Part shown: in pieces, positions 30,899 through 44,115 of the stretch | Numbering within the stretch: the stretch's first letter is position 1 | Layout of the letters: each line of letters opens with the position of its first letter | DNA from: Azolla caroliniana | Taxonomy: Eukaryota > Plantae > Polypodiophyta | Direction: 5' to 3' | Assembly: GCA_043228905.1 (NCBI GenBank) | Contig: JBHGNT010000006.1 | Coordinates: 19,158,001-19,222,000 of the forward strand | Length of the DNA stretch: 64,000 bases | Made by a program: the position numbers and the translations under genes | The notes under the pieces: generated by a model | The model's database searches: none | Seen by the model: only the letters and a program-made list of their open reading frames with translations | What the model was told of the DNA's origin: nothing

Positions 30899-33822
30899 AT
30901 GTCTCGCATCTATGTTGGAAACCTTGATCCTCGGTCCTCTGAACGAGATCTCGAAGATGAATTCAGACAGTATGGAGTCCTACGCAGGTAGGTATCCGCC
31001 TCCTTCTCGTTCTTGTTGAAATACCTATTTACGGTGTCACGAATTGTCTTAAAACCTGCTCTGCTTCTGTGTTTTTTTTTTCTCTTCGTCCGAGGTCCAT
31101 TTGTGTTGTCATGAAACCTGTCTGGCACCTGTTTTGTCCTTGTTTCCATATGTACATATATGTGGTCTAATTGATTATCTGAATCCCTATTTTGTGATGT
31201 ATATGTCATGTAGTGAGTTCTGAAGGAATCTGCTCTGCTTGGTTTATCCTTCCTCTTCAGCAAGATTCTGTCTGATTTTAAGCTATCTCTATGGGATAGT
31301 TAGCTCCTCTTTTTGTTCTCTTTTCTCGCCTCGAAACTAGTTTTAGAAGCAAAGTATATAATCATTGTATTGGACGATCTATATGTGGTGCACTGAACTG
31401 TGCTGTGCATCTTTTTGTCCTCCTTTTTCGTTTTAGCTCATCTACCTGTTCCTTGATATGCTTCTGCAGATATCTTTGAAACTTAAGCAAGCTGTCTGTA
31501 AAGTCAAGTGTTTGATCAAGATCTACATGTGTTCCAGTGAATGATATTTAGAGCTCTTTTGTTCACTTCAATTTTCCGTGCATGTCTCCCATATTTCCAG
31601 TGATGCAAGATAAGCATAGTATTTTTTTAATTCATTCCATACAGTAATGGACGATAACTGATGATGGTGCAGGAAAATCTACATATAGTTGTAGTGAATG
31701 TTCCCTTTTGTGATGCAAGCTCTTTTGCTTCTGTTTCTTGTTCTTCTTGCAATGTTCTTTTAGTTCTTTGCCCCTTCTTATTTATTACAATATTTCATGT
31801 ATATCTTCGGGCTATTATCAAGTTCCCATTGGTGCGTTAGACATCTGAGAAATACAATATTTTGTGTAAAGTGAATGATAACTAGGTGAATAGTTAAAAA
31901 TCACGGTTCAATTAGAAATGTAAAGTGCGATGCAGAAACTTAGATGAATTGTATATTATCAGCAAAAATTGTGGTGGTTATTTCATTTATAAGCACTCAA
32001 ACCAGCAGAATCATTAATATTCAAGCATGGTCTCTGATCAAACATAGTTTATACAACCTTTTGGATATGATATCATCAGGGAAGGATTCTGTTTTGCATA
32101 ATTAAGAATGGAAGGAATTGCAGTAGCCTGTGGTCTCAGAGTGTCCATCTTTGCAATAATAACCTTCATACAACCTATCAAAAACACCTGTGTAAGCAAC
32201 TAAAACAGTGAAGGTGTTAAGATAATATGACCAATTTTCCTTTTTCACAGCAGTTGAGTAATGAATTCCGTGGAGAATAATTAGGAAGTGGAAGAAATAG
32301 TGGTACAGTGATTCACTCACTGTTTCTTGATTTGGTTACTTGTAATTCTAAAATTAGTCCACTTCCAATTTGCAGTGTATGGGTTGCTAGGAAGCCCCCA
32401 GGATTTGCGTTTGTGGAGTTTGAGGATCGCAGAGATGCCACCGATGCTGTTCGAGCTTTGAATGGTACTGAGATTCTATTTGGCTATTGGAGATTTGTTT
32501 TAACTCGTTATGTTCTGACTTCTCAAGGACGAAGCATTCATATTGCACTACAATAATGGAGTCTTATTAAGTTTTGTGGAATCCAGATATGTATTAACCT
32601 GTTTTTCGTGGCTTCTTTAAGGATGAAGTGCACTGATTGTGTTTCAAGTCTTGTTAATTTTTTCAGGGAAAAATGGGTGGAGAGTGGAGATTTCTCGCAG
32701 TTCTGGTGGAGGTGGAGGAGGGGGTGCCCCTCGAGGTGGTAGTCGTGGAGGAGATGATATGAAATGTTATGAATGTGGAGAATCTGGCCACTTTGCAAGG
32801 GAATGCAGACTAAGGATAGGGCCCTCAGGTCTTGGTAGTGGAATTCGAGCACGAAGTCGCAGTCCCCGTTATCGTCGAAGCCCAAGTTACGGACGGAGGT
32901 ACTGAAAACATGTGTTTTTAGGTAGTATCAATCTATGGAACATCACTAAGAGAAAAACTTTGTAATAATACGCCTGAATAGCCTAAATCTTTGCTTTTTC
33001 CCAAGATTCTCATCAAAGCCCCAAAAGAGGGTTTAGGGTTTAGGCCATATAATTGCTCAAATGGTGCATTTAATGGAGAACCAAGGACATGAAATGAGTA
33101 TATAATTGATTAAATAGTGTATATAATTGCTTGAGGAGTTAGCCAAGTCATTTGGGAGAAAACCTCGAGCATTTCAGATTTTTTTTCTGTCAGCAATCAC
33201 AGTGCGAAGTAATAACTAAATGAATAATGTATCTGCTTGTGGCACAGTGGTGCAAGTCCTAGGAGGAGGAGCCCTCGTGGTTATGGATCTAGAAGGAGTC
33301 GTTCACCTGTACGAGGAAGAGGAGGTTACTCTCCTTTGAGAGAACGAAGCTTCAGTCGATCACCCCCTCCATTCCGACCAAGTTATAAAACTTCTCCTCT
33401 TGCCAATGGGTATGGTATACATATATCATGATTTCAAATTTCATTAAAATGGTTTATTAGTATCGAATTTACAAATATCTCCGAGTTTTGGCCATTATTT
33501 CTATTATTTCTCCAATTTCCCTTGGTCACCACTTAAACAGAGAAAGGAATTATGGATTCTCCATATGATTGTTCGAATATCACATAAAAAGAATGAATTG
33601 ACCATATAATTGTTCAAATACCCCGCTTTTCTCTTTTGGGGGTGTTTACCAAGGGCATTTGGGGAAAGAATGAAAACATTGGTATTTGATGAAGTAAAGA
33701 AAAACTAGGGTATTGCAGAAGTTCTCTCCAAATCTATCATGGTTATAATTGTATATGCTTGTTTTGTCATCAGGAGTCCTCCAGTAAAGGGGCGCCGCTA
33801 TGAGAGAAGTATCAGTCCTTGA
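30899..33822 (+). CDS. RSZ: Serine/arginine-rich splicing factor, RSZ subfamily (RRM + CCHC zinc knuckle + RS domain; RSZ21/22-like), 206 aa
   Basis: Exons 30899-30987, 32376-32464, 32667-32898, 33248-33409 and 33774-33822 join in frame through GT-AG introns. Sequence includes [12 protein letters not shown]...[17 protein letters not shown]...[16 protein letters not shown]...RSRSP. Confidence 0.95.
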
Positions 33823-36800
33823 TTTGAGAGCACTTATCAGCAGTTATTATGAGCATAAAGAACACTCTGATTATATATCACCCACATATGAAATGTTAGT
33901 ACAAAGCTTTTGTGGACATGACTTGTTGGAACTCAAATTTAGATGTCAGGGGCATCAAACTGTTAAATTTATCTTCAGATCTCTCTGGGCTACAGTTTCG
34001 TTATCCTTCAGCGGAAGGCAGAATACTAAAAGCTTAAAGAGAGGGGATGGATAAGTTTTTCTGCTCTGTTCATTTGGTTTTTGAGACTTACTGAACATAA
34101 GCTATGTCTGATTCACTCTTATAGTTTATTCTTTGTTTAGACTGTAGCGTTGTAGAAAGATTATTAACAAGCACAAACTTATTTAGGATTTTTGTTTTGT
34201 TATGAGGTGTTCTTCTACCATGGATCGGTGCCTTGCGAAATTCTGCTTCTAAATTGGTTTTATGATTCTGCATCACCTTCCTCATCGTTGATGCTCGTAG
34301 AAGAGAATTAATCTGCAAACTCTGCTATCTGCTCAGTGTCATCTTCATTCTTCATTAACTGCACAAAAATCTTCAGATGCACACTCTTCAAAAGGGTGAA
34401 CAATCCCTTCGGCTTCTTTGCTTGCTAACATTCTTTAGAAGAAGGGATTCTTATGCGCAAACAAACTTTTCCTTCACAGATATATCCTTAAATTGGTTTT
34501 AAACCATTGAATTGTCATCATTGGTACTGGTAGAAGATGGTAAATCTACTCCAAATTCTTCTACCTTCATTCGCTTCACTAACTGTTCGTGGAAATCTAC
34601 TTTTCAAAGGGAATACTTCAGAGGCTCATTCCTCTTGAAAGATTCTTGAGACCTTGCATATGTCCTGTGAAGATGATATATGCACATATTTTCATACGGT
34701 TGCTTTGTTTCTCGTAGATTTCTTGAAAAGGAAAATACTGTTCATTTCCACAAACGTCTCCTGGTCTCCTCTTTGCAGATAAGTCAGCATCTCGTAGATC
34801 TTTTGGAGATGTCTTCTTTTCACGAATATTTTCTGAAATATATCTGAAATTGCTTTTAAAACATTATCTCCAGCCTTATCTTACTCATCATTGCCCATAG
34901 AGAAGAGTTAACCTGCTGCTGTTCATTTTTCACTCTTCGACTATTCAAAGTCTCCAGATTCGTAAAGAGGTCATCTTTTTGAGCCTAAACTCCCAAGACC
35001 TAATTTGCTTATATTTATTTGCATGCGGCTGATATGCATTGCTTGATCTACGCCATCATTCTGCTACTTGTAGAAGACAGTTGGTTTGTTTCAAATTCTG
35101 CAGTCTTCATCATTAACTAGTTGAGAAGGCCCTGAAACCCTCTTAAAAGGGGAGCATGTCTCCTTTGCAGATATATGTATTCTGTGAACAACAAACTGCC
35201 TATGTGCATGTGTGTGTTTATTGATAATACAATTGCAGATATGTCTCCTTAATTGGTTTTTAAGGTTAACTGCATCTTGGTCCTAACCTTATCTGCATCA
35301 TTGTTGCTACGTCATGGAAGATGATCAGCCTCGAATGCTGATGATTGCTATCTTCATTTCTGTTTACCTTTCCAAATGTCTCTTAGGCACACCCTCCAAA
35401 GTGTTATATTTATTTTGAGGTTGATATGTTTTAAAAGATGGGGACATATCTATCTCTTGGTAATATGTTAATTGTATAGTGTTTAAAGGACATGACCTTA
35501 CTCTGTTTAAAACCTTACAAGCGTATTTTCAGCATTGACATAAGTCGGGCTTTAAAATGGAATTTATCCATCATTGTAGCCTAGTTTCATGGTGGATTTT
35601 GTTCATTGTTGTGGTGTAGCCTAATTTTGAAGATAGATTTTCATCATCAGCATAATGTAGTTTGAAAATAAAATTTGTCATCATTCGTTTAGCTTAGTTT
35701 CAAGAGGGAATATGGCGGTCATTTCCATACTGTAGTTACCTTGACAGAATTTGATCATCAGCAAAGCGTATATTGTGAATGTTCATTTATTATTGGCATA
35801 GCTTAGTCTCGAATGGAATTTATTCATCATTTCTATAGAATTTGTTCAAGCATTGGCGCAAGATGAGATGTAAATTGTCAACTTGATGGGATTTATTGTC
35901 ATTGGTGTAAGGGTTTAGGGTTGTTGCAAGCAATAATTTATTAATCATCAGCATAGTTTTAACTACATACAATTCTAGCTTACCCTTCACCATCTCCTAG
36001 CTGAGATAATTGTATTATTGTAACTGAAATGAATTATGGAATTATGGCAAGGTCGATGTACTTCTCTAAAGATATTCATCGCCATCTGAAATGAAGAAGA
36101 GTATTGCTAAATTTCTTGTTGTTGGCAAGGCGTATGGTTCCAAGTGAGTAACTTCACCAAGGTGTGAATCAATTTGGGGAAATAACTTTTTTTTGCAAGG
36201 TGAAGAAATTGTTTGTGTTGCAATAATGTTTTGAACAATAAGTTGCCAAAACACTTGACCAAATATTGTTGCCATTGTAGCAATATTGATGGAGGTATGA
36301 AATCTGATGCCATTCTCTTAGCACCACTTAATGTTTCTTTTTGCACCTCAATGCTTTATCTTGCTACCATCCTAATGAAGATGTTTGGAATTTTGGAGTT
36401 TCATTGACTATGAAAGTGAAGTCCAATTCCTCTTTGATACAGATAGACAATGAATGCATTTAGACTCACACTTCCTTCATTAGAAAATTTATTCTACAAA
36501 ATGCCGAAATTTATTTTCCCATATATTTATTAGCTCAAACAATACACTCATAATTATGTCATTCTCAAATATAATCCTTTGGAACTATGCAAAATATGTC
36601 TCGAATTAACAATCATTAAAAAGGATGTGTATGAAGTCATGACTGTATTGCAAAAATAATCGTAAGAAAATATTTAACATGATTGTATTGTAAAAAACAT
36701 TTAACTATTCTATAATGCTGCCCTATTGAAAATAAAATTTGACCTTCCAATCATAATAGTGCAAACTTTCCTTGGACATTCTTATTTCTCTTTTTTGTCA

Positions 36801-37937
36801 ATAAAAGAGAACAAACCACCCACCATTAATGAAAAGGGAATACACTTTCATTACCATTCTTGGTGAAAGCACAAAGTACATTATAAAATCCACGAGTATT
36901 CTTGTAAACTATATTGCATCACTTTGTGTTGGCATTGAATATAGTTCATTTGTGTTTATAAAGTTGATGTATAGGAGGATACTTGAACCAATGAGTACGA
37001 AACAATAACCATGTTCTTGGAAACTATAAAGCACCACTCGGGTACACATATTGAACATAGTTTATTTGTGTTCATTAAGTTGATGTATATGATATTTGAG
37101 CTAATGAGTATGAAACATACAAATAAATCCTCGAATTGCATTCAAATAGTTTACAACAATTATTTGTGCAAAGGAAATGGCAGGAGAGTTATATAGAAAC
37201 AAGATTATATTAATTTGAAATGTTATGCTACCAAGAAATCATAAAGGTGGATAAAGAGAAAGCTTGGGTGGCAACCCCTTGCAAGAATAATGCATGTTTA
37301 AGCTCACACAAAGGCCCACATGATCCGTGTGCAAGCAAGTCATGTTTTGGTCCTACGATTGGATTGCCCCTTAATGGACAATAGTGAACACCATCTCTAT
37401 CTCTCTCTAAGGAAACAATATGATTGGAGATGTACAATTGTACAAGGTGGCATGATACTACTTGGTGGGCCTTTGAACTTGGAATAAAAATCAACAAATG
37501 GTTTATTGAAAAGGAACAACACGTTTTCAAAGAGGAAGGAAAATGTGTTAATTCTTGGCATAGGCAATGTACAACCCCAAGAGCAAGAGCCTCGCTGCCA
37601 ACCCAAATACTCTACATTTTTAGGTGATAAGAAGATATAGTGAGTTGAGGTTGAAGAAAACACGTCTACAAGCTGAAAGTATATCATATAGCTCAGAACC
37701 CCAAAGAAAGGTCTTTTATTCTAAATTGCGAAAATGTAAAGCGAGAGTTGGCTCATTCAATAACGTTAACAAGAAGAAAAACCTATACTCGACAACTCTA
37801 AACCCTAATGCAGGAGGAATTACGAATTGGTGAGCATGAGGCACAACACATCATAGTGGGCAAGGACAAACGTAGGAATATAGGAAATTATGCTCTTTGC
37901 CATGAGAGAGGGCACATGCAATGTGTTTCGTTGGTAA

Positions 37938-37939
<2 letters not shown>

Positions 37940-38003
<64 letters not shown>
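37940..38003. repeat. (GA)n microsatellite; further GA/CT tracts near 38260, 38524, 38654 and 38980
   Basis: Directly visible. Confidence 0.95.
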
Positions 38004-38005
<2 letters not shown>

Positions 38006-38010
38006 AAGAT

Positions 38011-38079
38011 GGATATAACTCAGTTGGTAAGGTTGCCCAATGGAGACTAGGTGATTATGGGTTCAACCCCTACATTCCA
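38011..38079 (+). other. Degenerate tRNA-derived (SINE-like) head
   Basis: A-box-like TAACTCAGTTGG and B-box-like GGTTCAACCC at tRNA-like spacing. No convincing cloverleaf. Confidence 0.35.
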
Positions 38080-38256
38080 CAGTGGATCTAGTGAATTAAG
38101 AGATATATATGAAGTATATAATAGAGAGGTGAGAAAAATTGGGTTTCAAACCCAAGATGCAATGCTTGTAGTGTTAACAACTTATCACTAGGTTAAGTAA
38201 TTACAATAAAGAGACAAAGAGAGAGATTCTATGTCGAATTTGGTCTTAGAAGACGT

Positions 38257-38291
<35 letters not shown>

Positions 38292-38518
38292 TAACCTCTT
38301 TAGAGGTCAAATATGAACTATGAGACTAAAAATATTACATTTCACATAATACATGATGTTCAAGAACTTTACCAATAAATGGTTGGGAGTGGAGAGTGCA
38401 CATTTTTGTGATTGTGAGAGAAATTCGTGTGTGCAAGGATTGGGTTTGGTCGAGAAGATGTGTGGAAAGGATAGTCTGAATGTGATGAAAGGCAGAGAGA
38501 ACATTTTGATCAAGAGTG

Positions 38519-38579
<61 letters not shown>

Positions 38580-38650
38580 ACCATGTAGTTAGTGGGTGAC
38601 CATACTCTATTCTCTATTGTGACACCCATTGGAAGTAGTGTTTTTTTCAC

Positions 38651-38698
<48 letters not shown>

Positions 38699-39328
38699 AC
38701 ATATGTATGTATGTAGATACATACATTATATATGTATGTATGCAGTCCTCTAGAAGGAGAGGCATGGAATGGTGGAGGAACATTATTTCCTTTCATTTAT
38801 GTACATAATTTGAAAAACCTAAACATGTTACATATACATACATACATATTTGATGTGTGTTTGTTTGTGTATTGACTTACTAAACTCAGATAGAGGCAGA
38901 GGCAGAGGCAGAGGCAGAGGCAGAGGAGGGGTTTAATCCAATCCCTCCCCTGCCCCTTCTCCACCCAGAAACAGAGTCTTCTCTCTCTCTCTCTCTCTCT
39001 CATAGACCTCCCTCCCTCCTTGGCCCAAAATCATGCAATCAATCTGTATCTTCTCCCACACACCTCATTGATCTGTCTGTGTAACAAGCCTCTTATGATA
39101 CATACAGTCTGAGTGAGGATTTTAAGAAACAAAACAAAGCCACCCACCTCCCCTCCATCCATCCATCCATCCATCCATCCATCCATCTTATGAAATCAAT
39201 GCTCTTCAGCCTCAAATCAATCTAAATAAATCCATCTTTCCCTTTTATCACCACCGCCCCATCCCCCACGACCAAAAATCGAATTGAAACCCTAAAAAGA
39301 AGAAAGAAGAGAGGAAGAATTGCCATCA

Positions 39329-42300
39329 ATGGAGTGTCCTTCTAATGAATTGCCCCAGTCTTTGCTTGAAGCTTTGCCCTCTGATCCCTATGATCAACTT
39401 GAAGTGGCATGCAAGATCACTTCCATGGCGGTCACCGCGCGCGTCGGGAAGCTCGAGGCGGAGGCCAAATACCTCCAGAGGCTTGTCGCTGACAAGGAGC
39501 TCCTCGTTTCTGACCTCCAAGTACGCGTCGGAGAGCTCCAGCAAGCTCTGAAAGATTCCTCAGCCCAACTCTCTCATGCTCTCCAGGAACAGGTATTTAC
39601 AAAGAGTTCATTTTTCTCATTCCTCTTCCTGTTTTGATTGTTCACACTTTTAGGGTTTCTTTCAAGTTTAGTCCAGTATCTCTCTCTCTCTCTGTCTCTC
39701 TCATCCTCTCCATGAATACATTATCATTATTCGTTTGGGTTTTTCTATTTTTCTTCTGTTTCTCGTTTTAGGGTTTCAATAGTCTGTCTGTCTGGCATGC
39801 TCTCCATGAATATAGTTTTGTTAATTTTCGTTGTGTATTATTTATATATTTTCCTCATCATGATCTTCTATTTAGGGTTCTCAATGGATATGAAGGATTT
39901 CAATTTCATTTTTTTCCGATTAGATTTCTGATGCCCTGCATGAACCTTCATTTTGCTTTTGCCTCTCTTTTTATGTCTTTCTGATTCAAAAAAATAATTT
40001 TGATAGCTATTCTCAGGCGTTATATGAGTTGATATTTTCCTTCCCTTTTCTTCTACCCAAAACATTGCAAAGCTTGTTGATTTTCAACTCATCATGATCT
40101 GCATAGGGCCATTAAGTCATATTACTGTATATTTTGCCCATAGTTTTCTCATCATCATCATCATCTATTTAGGGTTTTAAATCATAATCCTGTAAATAGT
40201 CTTTATTTTTTTCTTGTGATCTGTCTGAAGAGTTAACAAAGCAAACCATGCATTATATATTCTTGAAATGATCATTTTTCTCTTCTAAAGATAGAGTTTT
40301 CTTTAACTGAAGAAAGTATGGCTTCCCCGTTATTATCACTGTTTTTTTCCAAATGGCGTTGGTTGCTTTTCTATTTGTTTAATCTCATCATGATTTCTTC
40401 CCAACAACTTTTGGTAACATCAGGTTTAGGCTCAAGGTTAATCTGCATAGTACCGTATTTTTGCTCCTCAATTTCGAAGCATGTGAACAGAGTACCTAGA
40501 TCCACGGTACTTAGGTTCTCCATGAACACTATGTTATTATATTAGTCAGATCTTGAGGATCAGGTCAAAGAGTATCTATATGGATTGAGCATTGTCATTT
40601 GTTAAAAGAGGATTCTGGCATTACATTGATACGGAGATATCTATCCTATGCAAGTGTCTAGATGCTGCAAGTCTGAACTATGCATTCTCTATGAAACCCT
40701 AACCTGGCAGTGAAATTTGACATTGGCCTATTGAGAAGCTTATTAATGACTGTTTGAAATCTTGAGCAAATTGTTTATTTTTACTAAATCTTTTATGTTT
40801 TATATCCCCTCTTTCACAGCTCATGATATTTTGTACAGTTACAACTTCGTGGAGCATTAGCATCAATGTGTTACGATAAGGCACAAGTTTCATAATTATC
40901 AGTTCAAGTACTCTAGAATAATGTTCAATGAATAAATATTCTGTATTGGACTGTATGCATTTTGTTTCGGAACTTATATATAATTTGTTTTCAACATAGG
41001 CATCCTCTTTGTTAAGAAGTTCATAGAGATTGAATTTTCATCAATCAACTTATACGCAAGTTGTTTTCTGTATTAGCAACCTGTTTTTCAAGAACTTCAT
41101 TAGAGACTGTAAATGGTATGATTCCACCGAGTGACAGAGTATTGATAAAAATAGGAGGTGAAAGTTATAAACAATCTCTAGATACCAATCAGGAGAGCTT
41201 CCTCTTCATGCTTAAAATGATAGCAAATTCTGGAACAAATTACCACAAATTTATAGGAATCTATGAGAAAAGCTTATATGGATTTTGTAGGAATGAATTT
41301 CACCAAGAGATTAAGTATAGTCTCGAACAAACCATGCAATGACTCGAATAGGTACAATGTTACACTTTGTGAAAGCATGACGATGCTTGTTTTCTTGTTG
41401 ATAATCATTTTTATGGGTTTCTTAAGACAGATTCGATTTTACAGGCAAAACTCACATCTGAAAAGAACATGCTTGCATCCACTGTGAAGAAATTGAGTCG
41501 TGATGTTCTGAAGGTAATACTGGAAGAAATGAATGACGCATTAGAGTTCAGGTCAAACTTAAAATGAATAGTGTTTGTTGGTAAACTTTTCATCATGTCT
41601 CATTATGATTTTCTTGTATTTCAGCTGGAAAGCTTTAAGAAGACATTGATGCATTCTCTACAGGAAGAAGATGAGAATCACGCGGTAAGATGTTTTCTGA
41701 TTCTGAATAGTACTGGCGTTTGATCTGATTCTTGTAATTTGAATTTTGGCAATTCATATTTTATCAGCAGGAAATTAGTGATGACAAACAGTCAACTGAC
41801 AGACTTACTTCAGCAGATTCTTCATTTTCATCACTCACTCCTTCTCCAGGTTAGTTAATATAACCACCATTCTAATTCAATTGTTGACAGCAATGACTTT
41901 AATAATAACATGCGTGGAGGAAATTATAAGTTTAGTGCAATGTTATTCAGAAATCATATACAGGTTTCTTAATAGAGGATACATTTCTGTCCAAGTTATG
42001 AGATATCAATTATGAACAGATTCAGATGAAGGTTTATTACCTTTTGTTAAAATGAGTATTTTGAACACTGGTTTAATGACCTTGGTCAATTGATCCATAG
42101 AAGGGTTTTTGGAGAGGCAGGGGAGGGGCAATTATTAAAAGTTCTGTTTGATATGATGTGTGTAGATGGTGAAATCAACAGCAATGGTCGACAGTTCGCT
42201 TCGGCCTCTGCTAATCGTACTCCTGAGTTCACGCCTTCTGGTTCACCTAAGAGAACACCAATGACATTGCCGCCCCGGGGCAGATCAGCAGCAGTTTCTC

Positions 42301-42984
42301 CAACACTACAGGCAGTGAAAGGGCCTCTAAAGTGGCACTCGAGTAGTGATGGAAGACTGTCTCTGCCATCGTCAATGCCAACAAGCAAACATTCCACAGC
42401 ACCCAATTCACCACCAAAATCGGGGCCAAATTCAGGTCACTTCATTTATATAATTTACATATATGTGTGCATGTATGTGCATGCATATGTATACAGATAG
42501 TAAAAATGCTGAACAAGATTGTTGGAAATTTTGCTAATGTTTTATCACTGACTCTGTGTTCTTGATCAAATCTATTAGCTCGAACATCAAGAGTTGATGG
42601 CAAAGAGTTCTTCCGCCAAGCTAGGTGAGAGCTTACATAATATAACTGATTTGTTCGTACCTGTGCTTCTTGATTTTACTGAAAACAATGCATCTTTATA
42701 TCATTACCAAACTGATTTGTGTAGGAATCGTCTCTCTTATGAGCAGTTCAGTGCATTTCTCACTAACATCAAGGATCTAAATGCACATAAACAAAGCAGG
42801 GAGGTTAGGATCCAATATATGCTTGTTGAGTTTGTATAATGATTGTTCTGCTTCAAAAAACTGATGTTTCATTGTTAAACAGGAAGCTTTGAGAAAAGCA
42901 CGAGAGATTTTTGGCCCAGAAAATGAGGATATGTATTCTGCCTTCTATGGTTTGCTTCATCGTCAACTTCCTGGCCAAGGATAG
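39329..42984 (+). CDS. At4g15545-like (NAIP family) coiled-coil protein
   Basis: Exons 39329-39592, 41445-41513, 41625-41684, 41768/41771-41849, 42166-42435, 42579-42624, 42725-42803 and 42883-42984, all with GT-AG introns. Family motifs LPSDPYDQLEVACKITSMA, LESFKKTLMHSL and RVDGKEFFRQARNRLSYEQFSAFLTNIKDLNAHKQSREE. Confidence 0.9.
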
Positions 42985-43974
42985 ATGTTTATCCAGCATG
43001 GCAACTTCTGGAACAATAATCTATCACTCTTTGACAGAAGTGAGTTGTCTCTTGTTACCCTTTGCTAAAATATCAAGTCTTAACCATGTTTAGATTTAGA
43101 GGGGCATGGTCTTCTATTATTTCAAAAGTATTTGAGCTTGAAGTCATTCCAATGGTTTTTTTCAAAATGTCAAGGTTTTATACATCTTTTCTGTTTGGAT
43201 GTTTAAATTTCCATGTTTATTGAAAATGGGCGTTCAATTATACTTGAAACAAAATATCAAGTTCCAACTTCCAAACATTAATTGAGATCATGGCTTCAAA
43301 TTGAGTCATGGCTTACTGTATTGTTTAAAGGGAAGGTTTTGGAAGTGAAGTGGTTTAGTTGGAAAGTGGAGGAGGTGTTAGCTCAATATATATAGAGGAC
43401 AAAGCATGCAATTTCAGTATTTTTATTATCTTAATCCACAATATACATAATTGAAATATTGTACGAGAAATTGTGAAACTTTAACGTAGGATTTGAACAT
43501 AGACTCTGGGCCACATCACTAGACTCAGATTTCAATGAGCCAGGAATAGATATAGGTAATAGTCTATAAGGACTTGGGCATAGACTTTGGAGGCATTCAG
43601 GTACATCACTAGAGAGTAGATAGATAACAGGTCTTGCCTATGTCATGTTGATCATCCAATGTAATAGTAATTCTAAATAGCCATTCAAAATATCATGACT
43701 CCTGATGAATTCGTGTCTGTCACTGTGAAGAAGTCTTCACGTCATCCTTCTCTTTTATCGTGATGTGGAGGACTCAGGAGGACGAATTTGGGTAACTCTT
43801 AACCTCACCCATATTTACTTCGCTGTTTCTTTTTGCCCAAGAGCCCACCAAATGATTCTATCTTGGCCCATTCTTTTCCATTAGAGGTGCATGAGTGAAT
43901 GATATAATTTTGGTCCATGAATGAAGGAATATGCTCAAATGCTAGAGTTCGGATCTCATTTAAATATTTAATAC

Positions 43975-44115
43975 AATGCACTATACAAACAGTTGAGAAC
44001 TCTACAGGAATTGATCAGTTGACTGTCCCAATATTAGCTTGCTAATGCACTATACAAGTAGTTGAGAACTCTACAGGAATTGACCAGTTGAATATCCCAA
44101 GATTAGCATGCTAAT
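43975..44115. repeat. ~68-bp tandem duplication
   Basis: AATGCACTATACAA...AGTTGAGAACTCTACAGGAATTGA occurs twice. Confidence 0.8.

Noticed and set aside
36000-37650. Possible DNA transposase remnant (also 44400-45800 and 56500-57900)
   Set aside because: The composition hints at decayed coding sequence, but I could not identify a diagnostic motif by eye.
38011-38079. Functional tRNA gene
   Set aside because: The acceptor and anticodon stems do not pair convincingly; kept only as a low-confidence SINE-like remnant.
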